A stretch of 50,022 nt of DNA from Eledone cirrhosa (GCA_964016885.1 CAXHJY010000069.1:1-50022), one strand, 5' to 3'. Counted from the stretch's first letter, positions 22,487-40,573 are shown. Made by a program: numbers and translations. The notes: a model not told the origin generated them from the letters alone.

Positions 22487-22905
22487 GTTGGTGCTACTGG
22501 TAACATGTATCCCAGTACAACCTGTCTCAGAATTCTAGGAGAAGGAAAACTCTGATATAACACCTGCAACCCTGATGGTATCCAATGATGTTGACTTGTT
22601 CTTCTTTTTGGTAAATATCATCTTGGTTAAGAGAGTGGGACTGGCTTTGTGCAGTGCCTTTGCTCACTATAAAAGCTTCACGGCACAGGCATTGCTTTAT
22701 ATCTGGAGATCTCTCTGCACTTGTCCTCACATGGTACCATGGGCCCAGCACTATGTGTCAATAATTGTCACAAGTGTAGTGTTTGTACCAGAGGTTTCAA
22801 GTCGCTGGCTGGACAAAAAAGTTACACTCGTTCAGCGCATCCGTAGGGGTTCTCCTACATGGATATAAAGTAGTGGCCGTACTCGAAAACGAGTTGGCAG
22901 CCACC
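22487..22905 (+). mobile_element. Possible decayed 3' end of an RTE-clade LINE
   Basis: Manual translation CSVCTRGFKSLAGQKSYTRSAHP* (~22775-22846) resembles the terminal C2H2-like finger of RTE ORFs. A short tail runs into (TA)n. Confidence 0.4.
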
Positions 22906-22941
22906 ATATATATATATATATATGATATATATATATATATA

Positions 22942-22994
<53 letters not shown>

Positions 22995-23009
22995 ATATAT
23001 ATATATATA

Positions 23010-23155
<146 letters not shown>

Positions 23156-23656
23156 ATATATATATATATATATTGTTATATATATATATATGATATATAT
23201 ATATATATATGATATATATATATATATTGTTATATATATATGATATATATATATATATATATGATATATATATATATATTGTTATATATATATGATATAT
23301 ATATATATATATATATGATATATATATATATATTGTTATATATATATATATATATGATATATATATATATTGTTATATATATATATATATATGATATATA
23401 TATATATTGTTATATATATATATGATATATATATATTGTTATATATATATATATGATATATATATATATTGTTATATATATATATATATATATATATGAT
23501 ATATATATATATTGTTATATATATATATATATGATATATATATATATATATATATCATATATATATATTGTTATATATATATATATATATATATATGATA
23601 TATATATATATTGTTATATATATATATATATATATATATGATATATATATATATCG

Positions 23657-23689
<33 letters not shown>

Positions 23690-23704
23690 ATATATATATA
23701 TTGT

Positions 23705-23737
<33 letters not shown>

Positions 23738-23988
23738 ATATAGTTATGTAATAAACAACATAAGGCAATTATTCCATTTACCAATGTTCTTTAAAAGCAA
23801 AAGATTTTGCTTTCAATCATCAGAATGAAAGAGTCCTCGTCTTTTTATTGAATTTGGATTTTAAAAACAAAAATGCAATCTATATGAAAGTGAGGCTGGA
23901 GAAGGAAGATGGAAAGGAAACATTAAATAAAACTACACATGCAACCACACACACATAAACACGCACACTCACACACAAAAGCATACAT

Positions 23989-24036
<48 letters not shown>

Positions 24037-24070
24037 GTATACATATATATATACATATACATACACTCAT

Positions 24071-24109
<39 letters not shown>

Positions 24110-24515
24110 CACACATACATACACATAGAAACATAAATATAAATACATATACATACACGCATATATACACACATATATGTGTATATAAATACACACAAAC
24201 ACATACATATACATATACATACACTCATACATACACACACACATATACATACATATATGTGTATATAAATACACACAAACATACATATACACATATATAC
24301 ATACGCACATAAATATCAACACATCCATACATACACATGCATATATACAACCACACACACATATATACTCACATACACATAGAAACATAAATATAAATAC
24401 ATATACATACACACATATACATACGTATATATATATATACATATACATATATATATATGTCTACAAGCATACACATACACAAACATAGCCATACACACAT
24501 ACATATACATACATA
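23738..24515 (-). mobile_element. PLE-type 3' region, family F (diverged copy, degenerate HHR at ~23772-23830)
   Basis: Reverse complement of ~45590-45797, plus a similar compound CA/TA region. GAAA box is altered. Confidence 0.65.
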
Positions 24516-24843
24516 TGACAGGAAATAGTATAGAGTATCTGTTCTATCTCTAATGTCAAAGAGTTAAAATTAGATGGATAAAGAGTAGTCTCCCTTTAAA
24601 AGGAGGGGTTTTTTTGTTGTTTTTTTATATATATGCCTGTTTAAGTCTGTGGGAGAAGGCATGAAGGTGTAAGTATGTGAGTGTGTGTGTGTGAGTGTGA
24701 GAAGATAAGTATATTCGTAAATGTGGGGGATAGGTGTTATCTGCTGTTATAACTGGTTTTGTGTGTGTATGTGTGAGAGAGTATAAGTGGAGGTGTAAGC
24801 ATGTGTGTGTGTGGGGTGTGTAAATATGGGGCTAGGAGCCCTA

Positions 24844-25507
24844 TCAGGTTATAAATTTGGTGTTGAGTTCTAGTCTATTATTGATTGGTGGTTGTGTTTT
24901 ATCTATAATTAGTGCTTCCTTAATTCTAAGATTGCCGAGGTTTCTTTCCTTAGTTTCTATCCTAACTGTTATGGTTTTGTCGGTGTTTTTGCATTTAACT
25001 AGGTGTTTCTTAAATGAGGAAGCGTTAGTATTGAGGTGTTCTTTTATTCTTATGTGGAGTGGTCGGGTGGTGCTACCTACGTAGAAGTTGTTGCATTTGT
25101 CACACTCTAGTCTGTATACGACGTAAGCCTGGTGGCATAGGTCTGTGTCGTTGATGAGGCAGTTGGCTAGTCTGCTGCAGTTGTCATGTCTGGTGGAGTG
25201 TCTTTTGGTTAGCTCTCCGTGTAGAGAAGGACCTGAGTGGGCCAGTTGGATATCTAGTCCCTCTCGTCTGATGGCTCTGCGGATGGCTGTTGTTGTTTCT
25301 TCACTGAAGTGTGGGAACTTCAGGAAGCAAGTGTTAGTGCCTCGGGTGTGGTGTCCTCTGTTCTTTCTGGCACGGTTTGTGGTGGATGTCGTGTATCCGT
25401 TTAGTTTGAGTACTTTCAGGAAATGTGTGGTGTGTGTGTCTCGGTCTCTTGCGTCGGTGCATTTGTTCTGGATACGTGCCAGTTCGTTCTTTATGTATCC
25501 GAACTTG
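24844..25507 (-). pseudogene. PLE C-terminal thumb/linker + GIY-YIG endonuclease fragment
   Basis: Manual translation LKLNGY...FLKFPHFSEE...VVYRLECDKCNNFYVGST...FIT*. One frameshift near 25430. Confidence 0.88.
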
Positions 25508-25508
25508 G

Positions 25509-25971
25509 CAGTGAAGAAACAACAACAGCCATCCGCAGAGCCATCAGACGAGAGGGACTAGATATCCAACTGGCCCACTCAGGTCCTTCTCTACGCGGAC
25601 AGCTAACCAAAAGACACTCCACCAGACATGACAACTGCTGCAGACTAGCCAACTGCCCCATCAACGACACAGACCTATGACACCAGGCTTACGTCGTATA
25701 CAGACTAGAGTGTGACAAATGCAACAACTTCTACGTAGGTAGCACCACCCGACCACTCCACATAAGAATAAAAGAACACCTCAATACTAACGCTTCCTCA
25801 TTTAAGAAACACCTAGTTAAATGCAAAAACACCGACAAAACCATAACAGTTAGGATAGAAACTAAGGAAAGAAACCTCGGCAATCTTAGAATTAAGGAAG
25901 CACTAATTATAGATAAAACACAACCACCAATCAATAATAGACTAGAACTCAACACCCAATTTATAACCTGA
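25509..25971 (+). pseudogene. Inverted duplicate of the GIY-YIG fragment with a premature TGA (25678-25680)
   Basis: Same peptide as the left arm, with TGC>TGA. Confidence 0.88.
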
Positions 25972-26352
25972 TAAGGCTCCTAGCCCCATATTTACACACC
26001 CTACACACACACATGCTTACACATCCACTTATTCTCTCTCACACATACACACACAAAACCAGTTCTAACACCAGATAACACCTATCCCCCACATTTACGA
26101 ATAGACTTATCTTCTCACACTCACACACACACACATACTTACACCTTCATGCCTTCTCCCACACACTTAAAGAGGCATATATATTTAAAAAAAATAAAAT
26201 AAACCCTAAACAAACCCCTTTTAAAGGGAGACTACTCTTTATCCATCTAATTTTAACTCTTTGACATTAGAGATAGAACAGATACTCTATACTATTTCCT
26301 GTCAGCGTGGCTTGGCAAGATATCTAGATGGCTGGTTTGAGACCTTTATTTC

Positions 26353-26387
26353 CCTCTGAAGAAGAGATATTACCTCGAAAATTAAGG
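26353..26387 (+). ncRNA. Ultra-minimal or degenerate hammerhead, family G
   Basis: CCT-CTGAAGA-A-GAG(ATATTAC)CTC-GAA-AATT-A-AGG, at the expected position downstream of the GIY-YIG ORF. Confidence 0.55.
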
Positions 26388-26501
26388 ACATTTAAATAGA
26401 TCTAAGGTAAAAGACGATTTGTCAACAATATCTTTTGCATTTGCATTCATTTTTCTATGTCCATACCTGCATTGTTTTGGCTTTATTATACATATTCAAA
26501 C

Positions 26502-29573
<3,072 letters not shown>

Positions 29574-29584
29574 TAAATATATAT

Positions 29585-29681
<97 letters not shown>

Positions 29682-30026
29682 TTTATATATATATATATAT
29701 ATATATATAAATATTTATATATATATAAATATATATATATAAATATTTATATATATATAAATATTATATATAAAATATTTATATATATATAAATATATAT
29801 ATATAAATATTTATATATATATAAATATATATATATATAAATATATAAATAAATACAATATCGGAGAAAGCTTTTTAGCGATACTCCGGCCAAATTCCAA
29901 CTCACTCAACAAACATTAGGAAATAAGTGACTATATTCCCAATTAAGCGTTCGGGGTGCTAAATAAAAGTATTGCGTGGAAAATTGGCTGTATTATTTCA
30001 TATAAGACATATCTAACATATCTCTT

Positions 30027-30150
30027 CCAGAGGACGTCTCGTTTCATTATAGGATTCCTACAATTTGGGTGAAATTATACCAATTTTTGTCGGAGCTTGT
30101 ATACCATCAATAGATATATATTCAAGTGGGCTCCTATAATTCATCAGTGG
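30027..30150 (-). ncRNA. Degenerate type I hammerhead, family H
   Basis: CCA-CTGATGA-ATTATAGGA(long loop)TCCTATAAT-GAAA-CGAGACGTCC-TC-TGG. Perfect 9-bp stem II, imperfect stems I and III. Confidence 0.55.
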
Positions 30151-30482
30151 GTGCCCCATTAATACTAATATTGATAATCTAACCAACATCAGAATTTAGC
30201 GATAATCATCATCCTCTGTGCTTGAGGTATCCGTGAGGTTGCCAGTGCAGCAGTTTTAAAGAAATGCTCAAACTGATTCAAATAATGAGGAAGTAAATTA
30301 CCGCCAAAAAAAAAATACATGCGCATGACAATGAATTCTGAAAGGAATTCAGACCCCGTGCTAAGGAACTCAATTGGAAATTGAAAAAATATCTATGTGT
30401 GTACAACATTGATGACACACACAGATATTTTCTCGGGCAAAATAACAGAATGATATATATATATATATATATATATAGATAT

Positions 30483-30536
30483 ATGTAAGTATGTATGTAT
30501 ACGTACATACATTATGTATACAGACGTACAGTAGCA

Positions 30537-30623
<87 letters not shown>

Positions 30624-30719
30624 TATATATACATACACATACACATATGCATACAGGTACACATACATATATGCACGCATCAGTTTAGCCGACGTTTATT
30701 ATAACGCGTGCTTTGTTCG
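30483..30719 (-). repeat. Inverted 5' arm of the retrozyme-like array
   Basis: Reverse complement of ~30826-31034 of the first array unit. Confidence 0.92.
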
Positions 30720-30918
30720 CTTGAAACTAGTACATCGTTCCTGTGTCAGTGTTGAACAAAAAGTGACGTGGTTGCCTTAACACTGTATGGCATAAATTCA
30801 GGCTGTTCGATTTGTTGACAAACAAACGAACAAAGCACGCGTTATAATAAACGTCGGCTAAACTGATGCGTGCATATATGTATGTGTACCTGTATGCATA
30901 TGTGTATGTGTATGTATA

Positions 30919-30970
<52 letters not shown>

Positions 30971-31436
30971 TATATGCATGCTACTGTACCGTCTGTATAC
31001 ATATATGTATGTACGTATACATACATACTTACATTTAGGTAAGTGCCATACTAAGAGTGAGAAATGAAATTTCGTTTTTCATTTTCAACTTATCGTTCTC
31101 GGTATGCCTGACCGATTTAACTCACTCAATATGCAAATTAGGCTGCTCAGCCGTTAATTTTCATAAGGAAAGTATATACTTTCGAACGTTCAACTATCTG
31201 GCAGATGGGTAAACGGTGCTAATGATAGCTAACAAGCTTGAAACTAGTACATCGTTCCTGTGTCAGTGTTGAACAAAAAGGTGACGTGGTTGCCTTAACA
31301 CTGTATGGCATAAATTCAGGCTGTTCGATTTGTTGACAAACAAAAGAACAAAGCACGCGTTATAATAAACGTCGGCTAAACTGATGCGTGCATATATGTA
31401 TGTGTACCTGTATGCATATGTGTATGTGTATGTATA

Positions 31437-31512
<76 letters not shown>

Positions 31513-31983
31513 TATATGCATGCTACTGTACGTCTGTATACATATATGTATGTACGTATACATACATACTTACATTTAAGTAAGTGCCATACTAAGAGTG
31601 AGAAATGAAATTTCGTTTTCATTTTTTTCAACTTATCGTTCTCGTATGCCTGACCGATTTAACTCACTCAATATGCAAATTAGGCTGCTCAGCCGTTAAT
31701 TTTCATAAGGAAAGCATATACTTTCGAACGTTCAACTATCTGGCAGATGGGTAAACGGTGCTGATGATAGCTAACAAGCTTGAAACTGTACATCGTTCCT
31801 GTGTCAGTGTTGAACAAACAGGTGACGTGGTTGCCTTAACACTGTATGGCATAAATTCAGGCTGTTCGATTTGTTGACAAACAAACGAACAAAGCACGCG
31901 TTATAATAAACGTCGGCTAAACTGATGCGTGCATATATGTATGTGTACCTGTATGCATATGTGTATGTGTATGTATATATATG

Positions 31984-32077
<94 letters not shown>

Positions 32078-32543
32078 TATGCATGCTACTGTAGGTCTGT
32101 ATACATGTATGTATGTACGTATACATACATACTTACATTTAAGTAAGTGCCATACTAAGAGTGAGAAATGAAATTTCGTTTTCATTTTTTTCAACTTATC
32201 GTTCTCGGTATGCCTGACCGATTTAACTCACTCAATATGCAAATTAGGCTGCTCAGCCGTTAATTTTCATAAGGAAAGTATATACTTTCGAACGTTCAAC
32301 TATCTGGCAGATGGGTAAACGGTGCTGATGATAGCTAACAAGCTTGAAACTAGTACATCGTTCCTGTGTCAGTGTTGAACAAAAAGGTGACGTGGTTGCC
32401 TTAACACTGTATGGCATAAATTCAGGCTGTTCGATTTGTTGACAACAAACGAACAAAGCACGCGTTATAATAAACGTCGGCTAAACTGATGCGTGCATAT
32501 ATGTAATGTGTACCTGTATGCATATGTGTATGTGTATGTATAT

Positions 32544-32595
<52 letters not shown>

Positions 32596-33060
32596 TATGC
32601 ATGCTACTGTACGTCTGTATACATATATGTATGTACGTATACATACATACTTACATTTAAGTAAGTGCCATACTAAGAGTGAGAAATGAAATTTCGTTTT
32701 CATTTTTTTCAACTTATCGTTCTCGGTATGCCTGACCGATTTAACTCACTCAATATGCAAATTAGGCTGCTCAGCCGTTAATTTTCATAAGGAAAGTATA
32801 TACTTTCGAACGTTCAACTATCTGGCAGATGGGTAAACGGTGCTGATGATAGCTAACAAGCTTGAAACTAGTACATCGTTCCTGTGTCAGTGTTGAACAA
32901 AAAGGTGACGTGGTTGCCTTAACACTGTATGGCATAAATTCAGGCTGTTCGATTTGTTGACAAACAAACGAACAAAGCACGCGTTATAATAAACGTCGGC
33001 TAAACTGATGCGTGCATATATGTATGTGTACCTGTATGCATATGTGTATGTGTATGTATA

Positions 33061-33118
<58 letters not shown>

Positions 33119-33585
33119 TATATGCATGCTACTGTACGTCTGTATACATATATGTATGTACGTATACATACATACTTACATTTAAGTAAGTGCCATACTA
33201 AGAGTGAGAAATGAAATTTCGTTTTCATTTTTTTCAACTTATCGTCCTCGGTATGCCTGACCGATTTAACTCACTCAATATGCAAATTAGGCTGCTCAGC
33301 CGTTAATTTTCATACGGAAAGTATATACTTTCGAACGTTCAACTATCTGGCAGATGGGTAAACGGTGCTGATGATAGCTAACAAGCTTGAAACTAGTACA
33401 TCGTTCCTGTGTCAGTGTTGAACAAAAATGTGACGTGGTTGCCTTAACACTGTATGGCATAAATTCAGGCTGTTCGATTTGTTGACAAACAAACGAACAA
33501 AGCACGCGTTATAATAAACGTCGGCTAAACTGATGCGTGCATATATGTATGTGTACCTGTATGCATATGTGTATGTGTATGTATA

Positions 33586-33647
<62 letters not shown>

Positions 33648-34114
33648 TATATGCATGCTACTGTACGTCTGTATACATATATGTATGTACGTATACATAC
33701 ATACTTACATTTAAGTAAGTGCCATACTAAGAGTGAGAAATGAAATTTCGTTTTCATTTTTTTCAACTTATCGTTCTCGGTATGCCTGACCGATTTAACT
33801 CACTCAATATGCAAATTAGGCTGCTCAGCCGTTAATTTTCATAAGGAAAGTATATACTTTCGAACGTTCAACTATCTGGCAGATGGGTAAACGGTGCTGA
33901 TGATAGCTAACAAGCTTGAAACTAGTACATCGTTCCTGTGTCAGTGTTGAACAAAAAGGTGACGTGGTTGCCTTAACACTGTATGGCATAAATTCAGGCT
34001 GTTCGATTTGTTGACAAACAAACGAACAAAGCACGCGTTATAATAAACGTAGGCTAAACTGATGCGTGCATATATGTATGTGTACCTGTATGCATATGTG
34101 TATGTGTATGTATA

Positions 34115-34186
<72 letters not shown>

Positions 34187-34653
34187 TATATGCATGCTAC
34201 TGTACGTCTGTATACATATATGTATGTACGTATACATACATACTTACATTTAAGTAAGTGCCATACTAAGAGTGAGAAATGAATTTTCGTTTTCATTTTT
34301 TTCAACTTATCGTTCTCGGTATGCCTGACCGATTTAACTCACTCAATATGCAAATTAGGCTGCTCAGCCGTTAATTTTCATAAGGAAAGTATATACTTTC
34401 GAACGTTCAACTATCTGGCAGATGGGTAAACGGTGCTGATGATAGCTAACAAGCTTGAAACTAGTACATCGTTCCTGTGTCAGTGTTGAACAAAAAGGTG
34501 ACGTGGTTGCCTTAACACTGTATGGCATAAATTCAGGCTGTTCGATTTGTTGACAAACAAACGAACAAAGCACGCGTTATAATAAATGTCGGCTAAACTG
34601 ATGCGTGCATATATGTATGTGTACCTGTATGCATATGTGTATGTGTATGTTTA

Positions 34654-34708
<55 letters not shown>

Positions 34709-35196
34709 ATATATATATGTATATATATGCATGCTACTGTACGTCTGTATACATATATGTATGTACGTATACATACATACTTACATTTAAGTAAGTGCCA
34801 TACTAAGAGTGAGAAATGAAATTTCGTTTTCATTTTTTTCAACTTATCGTTCTCGGTATGCCTGACCGATTTAACTCACTCAATATGCAAATTAGGCTGC
34901 TCAGCCGTTAATTTTCATAAGGAAAGTATATTCTTTCGAACGTTCAACTATCTGGCAGATGGGTAAACGGTGCTGATGATAGCTAACAAGCTTGAAACTA
35001 GTACATCGTTCCTGTGTCAGTGTTGAACAAAAAGATGATGTGGTTGCCTTAACACTGTATGGCATAAATTCAGGCTGTGCGATTTGTTGACAAACAAACG
35101 AACAAAGCACGCGTTATAATAAACGTCGGCGAAACTGATGCGTGCATATATGTATGTGTACCTGTATGCATATGTGTATGTGTATGTATATATATG

Positions 35197-35245
<49 letters not shown>

Positions 35246-35713
35246 GCATGCTACTGTACGTCTGTATACGTATATGTATGTACGTATACATACATACTTA
35301 CATTTAAGTAAGTGCCATACTAAGAGTGAGAAATGAAATTTCGTTTTCATTTTTTTCAACTTATCGTTCTCGGTATGCCTGACCGATTTAACTCACTCAA
35401 TATGCAAATTAGGCTGCTCAGCCGTTAATTTTCATAAGGAAAGTATATACTTTCGAACGTTCAACTATCTGGCAGATGGGTAAACGGTGCTGATGATAGC
35501 TAACAAGCTTGAAACTAGTACATCGTTCCTGTGTCAGTGTTGAACAAAAAGGTGACGTGGTTGCCTTAACACTGTATGGCATAAATTCAGGCTGTTCGAT
35601 TTGTTGACAAACAAACGAACAAAGCACGCGTTATAATAAACGTCGGCTAAACTGATGCGTGCATATATGTATGTGTACCTGTATGCATATGTGTATGTGT
35701 ATGTATATATATG

Positions 35714-35774
<61 letters not shown>

Positions 35775-36241
35775 TTTATGCATGCTACTGTACGTCTGTA
35801 TACATATATGTATGTACGTATACATACATACTTACATTTAAGTAAGTGCCATACTAAGAGTGAGAAATGAAATTTCGTTTTCATTTTTTTCAACTTATCG
35901 TTCTCGGTATGCCTGACCGATTTAACTCACTCAATATGCAAATTAGGCTGCTCAGCCGTTAATTTTCATAAGGAAAGTATATACTTTCGAACGTTCAACT
36001 ATCTGGCAGATGGGTAAAAGGTGCTGATGATAGCTAACAAGCTTGAAACTAGTACATCGTTCCTGTGTCAGTGTTGAACAAAAAGGTGACGTGGTTGCCT
36101 TAACACTGTATGGCATAAATTCAGGCTGTTCGATTTGTTGACAAACAAACGAACAAAGCACGCGTTATAATAAACGTCGGCTAAACTGATGCGTGCATAT
36201 ATGTATGTGTACCTGTATGCATATGTGTATGTGTATGTATA

Positions 36242-36313
<72 letters not shown>

Positions 36314-36780
36314 TATATGCATGCTACTGTACGTCTGTATACATATATGTATGTACGTATACATACATACTTACATTTAAGTAAGTGAAATACTAAGAGT
36401 GAGAAATGAAATTTCGTTTTCATTTTTTTCAACTTATCGTTCTCGGTATGCCTGACCGATTTAACTCACTCAATATGCAAATTAGGCTGCTCAGCCGTTA
36501 ATTTTCATAAGGAAAGTATATACTTTCGAACGTTCAACTATGTGGCAGATGGGTAAACGGTGCTGATGATAGCTAACAAGCTTGAAACTAGTACATCGTT
36601 CCTGTGTCAGTGTTGAACAAAAAGGTGACGTGGTTGCCTTAACACTGTATGGCATAAATTCAGGCTGTTCGATTTGTTGACAAACAAACGAACAAAGCAC
36701 GCGTTATAATAAACGTCGGCTAAACTGATGCGTGCATATATGTATGTGTACCTGTATGCATATGTGTATGTGTATGTATA

Positions 36781-36858
<78 letters not shown>

Positions 36859-37331
36859 TATATGCATGCTACTGTACGTCTGTATACATATATGTATGTA
36901 CGTATACATACATACTTATATTTAAGTAAGTGCCATACTAAGAGTGAGAAATGAAATTTCGTTTTCATTTTTTTCAACTTATCGTTCTCGGTATGCCTGA
37001 CCGATTTAACTCACTCAATATGCAAATTAGGCTGCTCAGCCGTTAATTTTCATAAGGAAAGTATATACTTTCGAACGCTCAACTATCTGGCAGATGGGTA
37101 AACGGTGCTGATGATAGCTAACAAGCTTGAAAGTAGTACATCGTTCCTGTGTCAGTGTTGAACAAAAAGGTGACGTGGTTGCCTTAACACTGTATGGCAT
37201 AAATTCAGGCTGTTCGATTTGTTGACAAACAAACGAACAAAGCACGCGTTATAATAAACGTCGGCTAAACTGATGCGTGCATATATGTATGTGTACCTGT
37301 ATGCATATGTGTATGTGTATGTATATATATG

Positions 37332-37390
<59 letters not shown>

Positions 37391-37852
37391 GCATGCTACT
37401 GTACGTCTGTATACATATATGTATGTACGTATACATACATACATACATTTAAGTAAGTGCCATACTAAGAGTGAGAAATGAAATTTCGTTTTCATTTTTT
37501 TCAACTTATCGTTCTCGGTATGCCTGACCGATTTAACTCACTCAATATGCAAATTAGGCTGCTCAGCCGTTAATTTTCATAAGGAAAGTATATTCTTTCA
37601 AACGTTCAACTATCTGGCAGATGGGTAAACGGTGCTGATGATAGCTAACAAGCTTGAAACTAGTACATCGTTCCTGTGTCAGTGTTGAACAAAAAGATGA
37701 TGTGGTTGCCTTAACACTGTATGGCATAAATTCAGGCTGTTCGATTTGTTGACAAACAAACGAACAAAGCACGCGTTATAATAAACGTCGGCGAAACTGA
37801 TGCGTGCATATATGTATGTGTACCTGTATGCATATGTGTATGTGTATGTATA

Positions 37853-37921
<69 letters not shown>

Positions 37922-38393
37922 GTATATATATGCATGCTACTGTACGTCTGTATACATATATGTATGTACGTATACATACATACTTACATTTAAGTAAGTG
38001 CCATACTAAGAGTGAGAAATGAAATTTCGTTTTCATTTTTTTCAACTTATCGTTCTCGGTATGCCTGACCGATTTAACTCACTCAATATGCAAATTAGGC
38101 TGCTCAGCCGTTAATTTTCATAAGGAAAGTATATTCTTTCGAACGTTCAACTATCTGGCAGATGGGTAAACGGTGCTGATGATAGCTAACAAGCTTGAAA
38201 CTAGTACATCGTTCCTGTGTCAGTGTTGAACAAAAAGATGATGTGGTTGCCTTAACACTGTATGGCATAAATTCAGGCTGTTCGATTTGTTGACAAACAA
38301 ACGAACAAAGCACGCGTTATAATAAACGTCGGCGAAACTGATGCGTGCATATATGTATGTGTACCTGTATGCATATGTGTATGTGTATGTATA

Positions 38394-38451
<58 letters not shown>

Positions 38452-38918
38452 TATATGCATGCTACTGTACGTCTGTATACGTATATGTATGTACGTATAC
38501 ATACATACTTACATTTAAGTAAGTGCCATACTAAGAGTGAGAAATGAAATTTCGTTTTCATTTTTTTCAACTTATCGTTCTCGGTATGCCTGACCGATTT
38601 AACTCACTCAATATGCAAATTAGGCTGCTCAGCCGTTAATTTTCATAAGGAAAGTATATACTTTCGAACGTTCAACTATCTGGCAGATGGGTAAACGGTG
38701 CTGATGATAGCTAACAAGGTTGAAACTAGTACATCGTTCCTGTGTCAGTGTTGAACAAAAAGGTGACGTGGTTGCCTTAACACTCTATGGCATAAATTCA
38801 GGCTGTTCGATTTGTTGACAAACAAACGAACAAAGCACGCGTTATAATAAACGTCGGCTAAACTGATGCGTGCATATATGTATGTGTACCTGTATGCATA
38901 TGTGTATGTGTATGTATA

Positions 38919-38983
<65 letters not shown>

Positions 38984-39445
38984 GCATGCTACTGTACGTC
39001 TGTATACATATATGTATGTACGTATACATACATACTTACATTTAAGTAAGTGCCATACTAAGAGTGAGAAATGAAATTTCGTTTTCATTTTTTTCAACTT
39101 ATCGTTCTCGGTATGCCTGACCGATTTAACTCACTCAATATGCAAATTAGGCTGCTCAGCCGTTAATTTTCATAAGGAAAGTATATACTTTCGAACGTTC
39201 AACTATCTGGCAGATGGGTAAACGGTGCTGATGATAGCTAACAAGCTTGAAACTAGTACATCGTTCCTGTGTCAGTGTTGAACAAAAAGGTGACGTGGTT
39301 GCCTTAACACTGTATGGCATAAATTCAGGCTGTTCGATTTGTTGACAAACAAACGAACAAAGCACGCGTTATAATAAACGTCGGCTAAACTGATGCGTGC
39401 ATATATGTATGTGTACCTGTATGCATATGTGTATGTGTATGTATA

Positions 39446-39500
<55 letters not shown>

Positions 39501-39972
39501 GTATATATATGCATGCTACTGTACGTCTGTATACATATATGTATGTACGTATACATACATACTTACATTTAAGTAAGTGCCATACTAAGAGTGAGAAATG
39601 AAATTTCGTTTTCATTTTTTTCAACTTATCGTTCTCGGTATGCCTGACCGATTTAACTCACTCAATATGCAAATTAGGCTGCTCAGCCGTTAATTTTCAT
39701 AAGGAAAGTATATTCTTTCGAACGTTCAACTATCTGGCAGATGGGTAAACGGTGCTGATGATAGCTAACAAGCTTGAAACTAGTACATCGTTCCTGTGTC
39801 AGTGTTGAACAAAAAGATGATGTGGTTGCCTTAACACTGTATGGCATAAATTCAGGCTGTTCGATTTGTTGACAAACAAACGAACAAAGCACGCGTTATA
39901 ATAAACGTCGGCGAAACTGATGCGTGCATATATGTATGTGTACCTGTATGCATATGTGTATGTGTATGTATA

Positions 39973-40026
<54 letters not shown>

Positions 40027-40493
40027 TATATGCATGCTACTGTACGTCTGTATACGTATATGTATGTACGTATACATACATACTTACATTTAAGTAAGTG
40101 CCATACTAAGAGTGAGAAATGAAATTTCGTTTTCATTTTTTTCAACTTATCGTTCTCGGTATGCCTGACCGATTTAACTCACTCAATATGCAAATTAGGC
40201 TGCTCAGCCGTTAATTTTCATAAGGAAAGTATATACTTTCGAACGTTCAACTATCTGGCAGATGGGTAAACGGTGCTGATGATAGCTAACAAGCTTGAAA
40301 CTAGTACATCGTTCCTGTGTCAGTGTTGAACAAAAAGGTGACGTGGTTGCCTTAACACTGTATGGCATAAATTCAGGCTGTTCGATTTGTTGACAAACAA
40401 ACGAACAAAGCACGCGTTATAATAAACGTCGGCTAAACTGATGCGTGCATATATGTATGTGTACCTGTATGCATATGTGTATGTGTATGTATA

Positions 40494-40573
<80 letters not shown>

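Larger units (their letters stand above)
24516..26503. mobile_element. Head-to-head inverted PLE insertion, family G (arms 24516-25306 / 25509-26304) containing GIY-YIG
   Basis: ~790-bp inverted arms, each encoding VVYRLECDKCNNFYVGSTTRPLHIRIKEH...RIKEALII...PPINNR. Confidence 0.92.

Noticed and set aside
25678-25680. TGA at a conserved Cys as possible selenocysteine
   Set aside because: The sister arm has TGC and no SECIS was recognised; most likely a point mutation.
32914-32945. Twister-like GCCTTAACACTG in the array unit
   Set aside because: Downstream twister elements and pseudoknot partners are absent; the segment is explained by a simple hairpin with CAGTGTTGA.
32771-32980. 69-aa [12 protein letters not shown]... 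repeated in most array units
   Set aside because: Antisense to the HHR, non-ATG start, no recognisable domain, broken in some units; conservation just reflects recent amplification.
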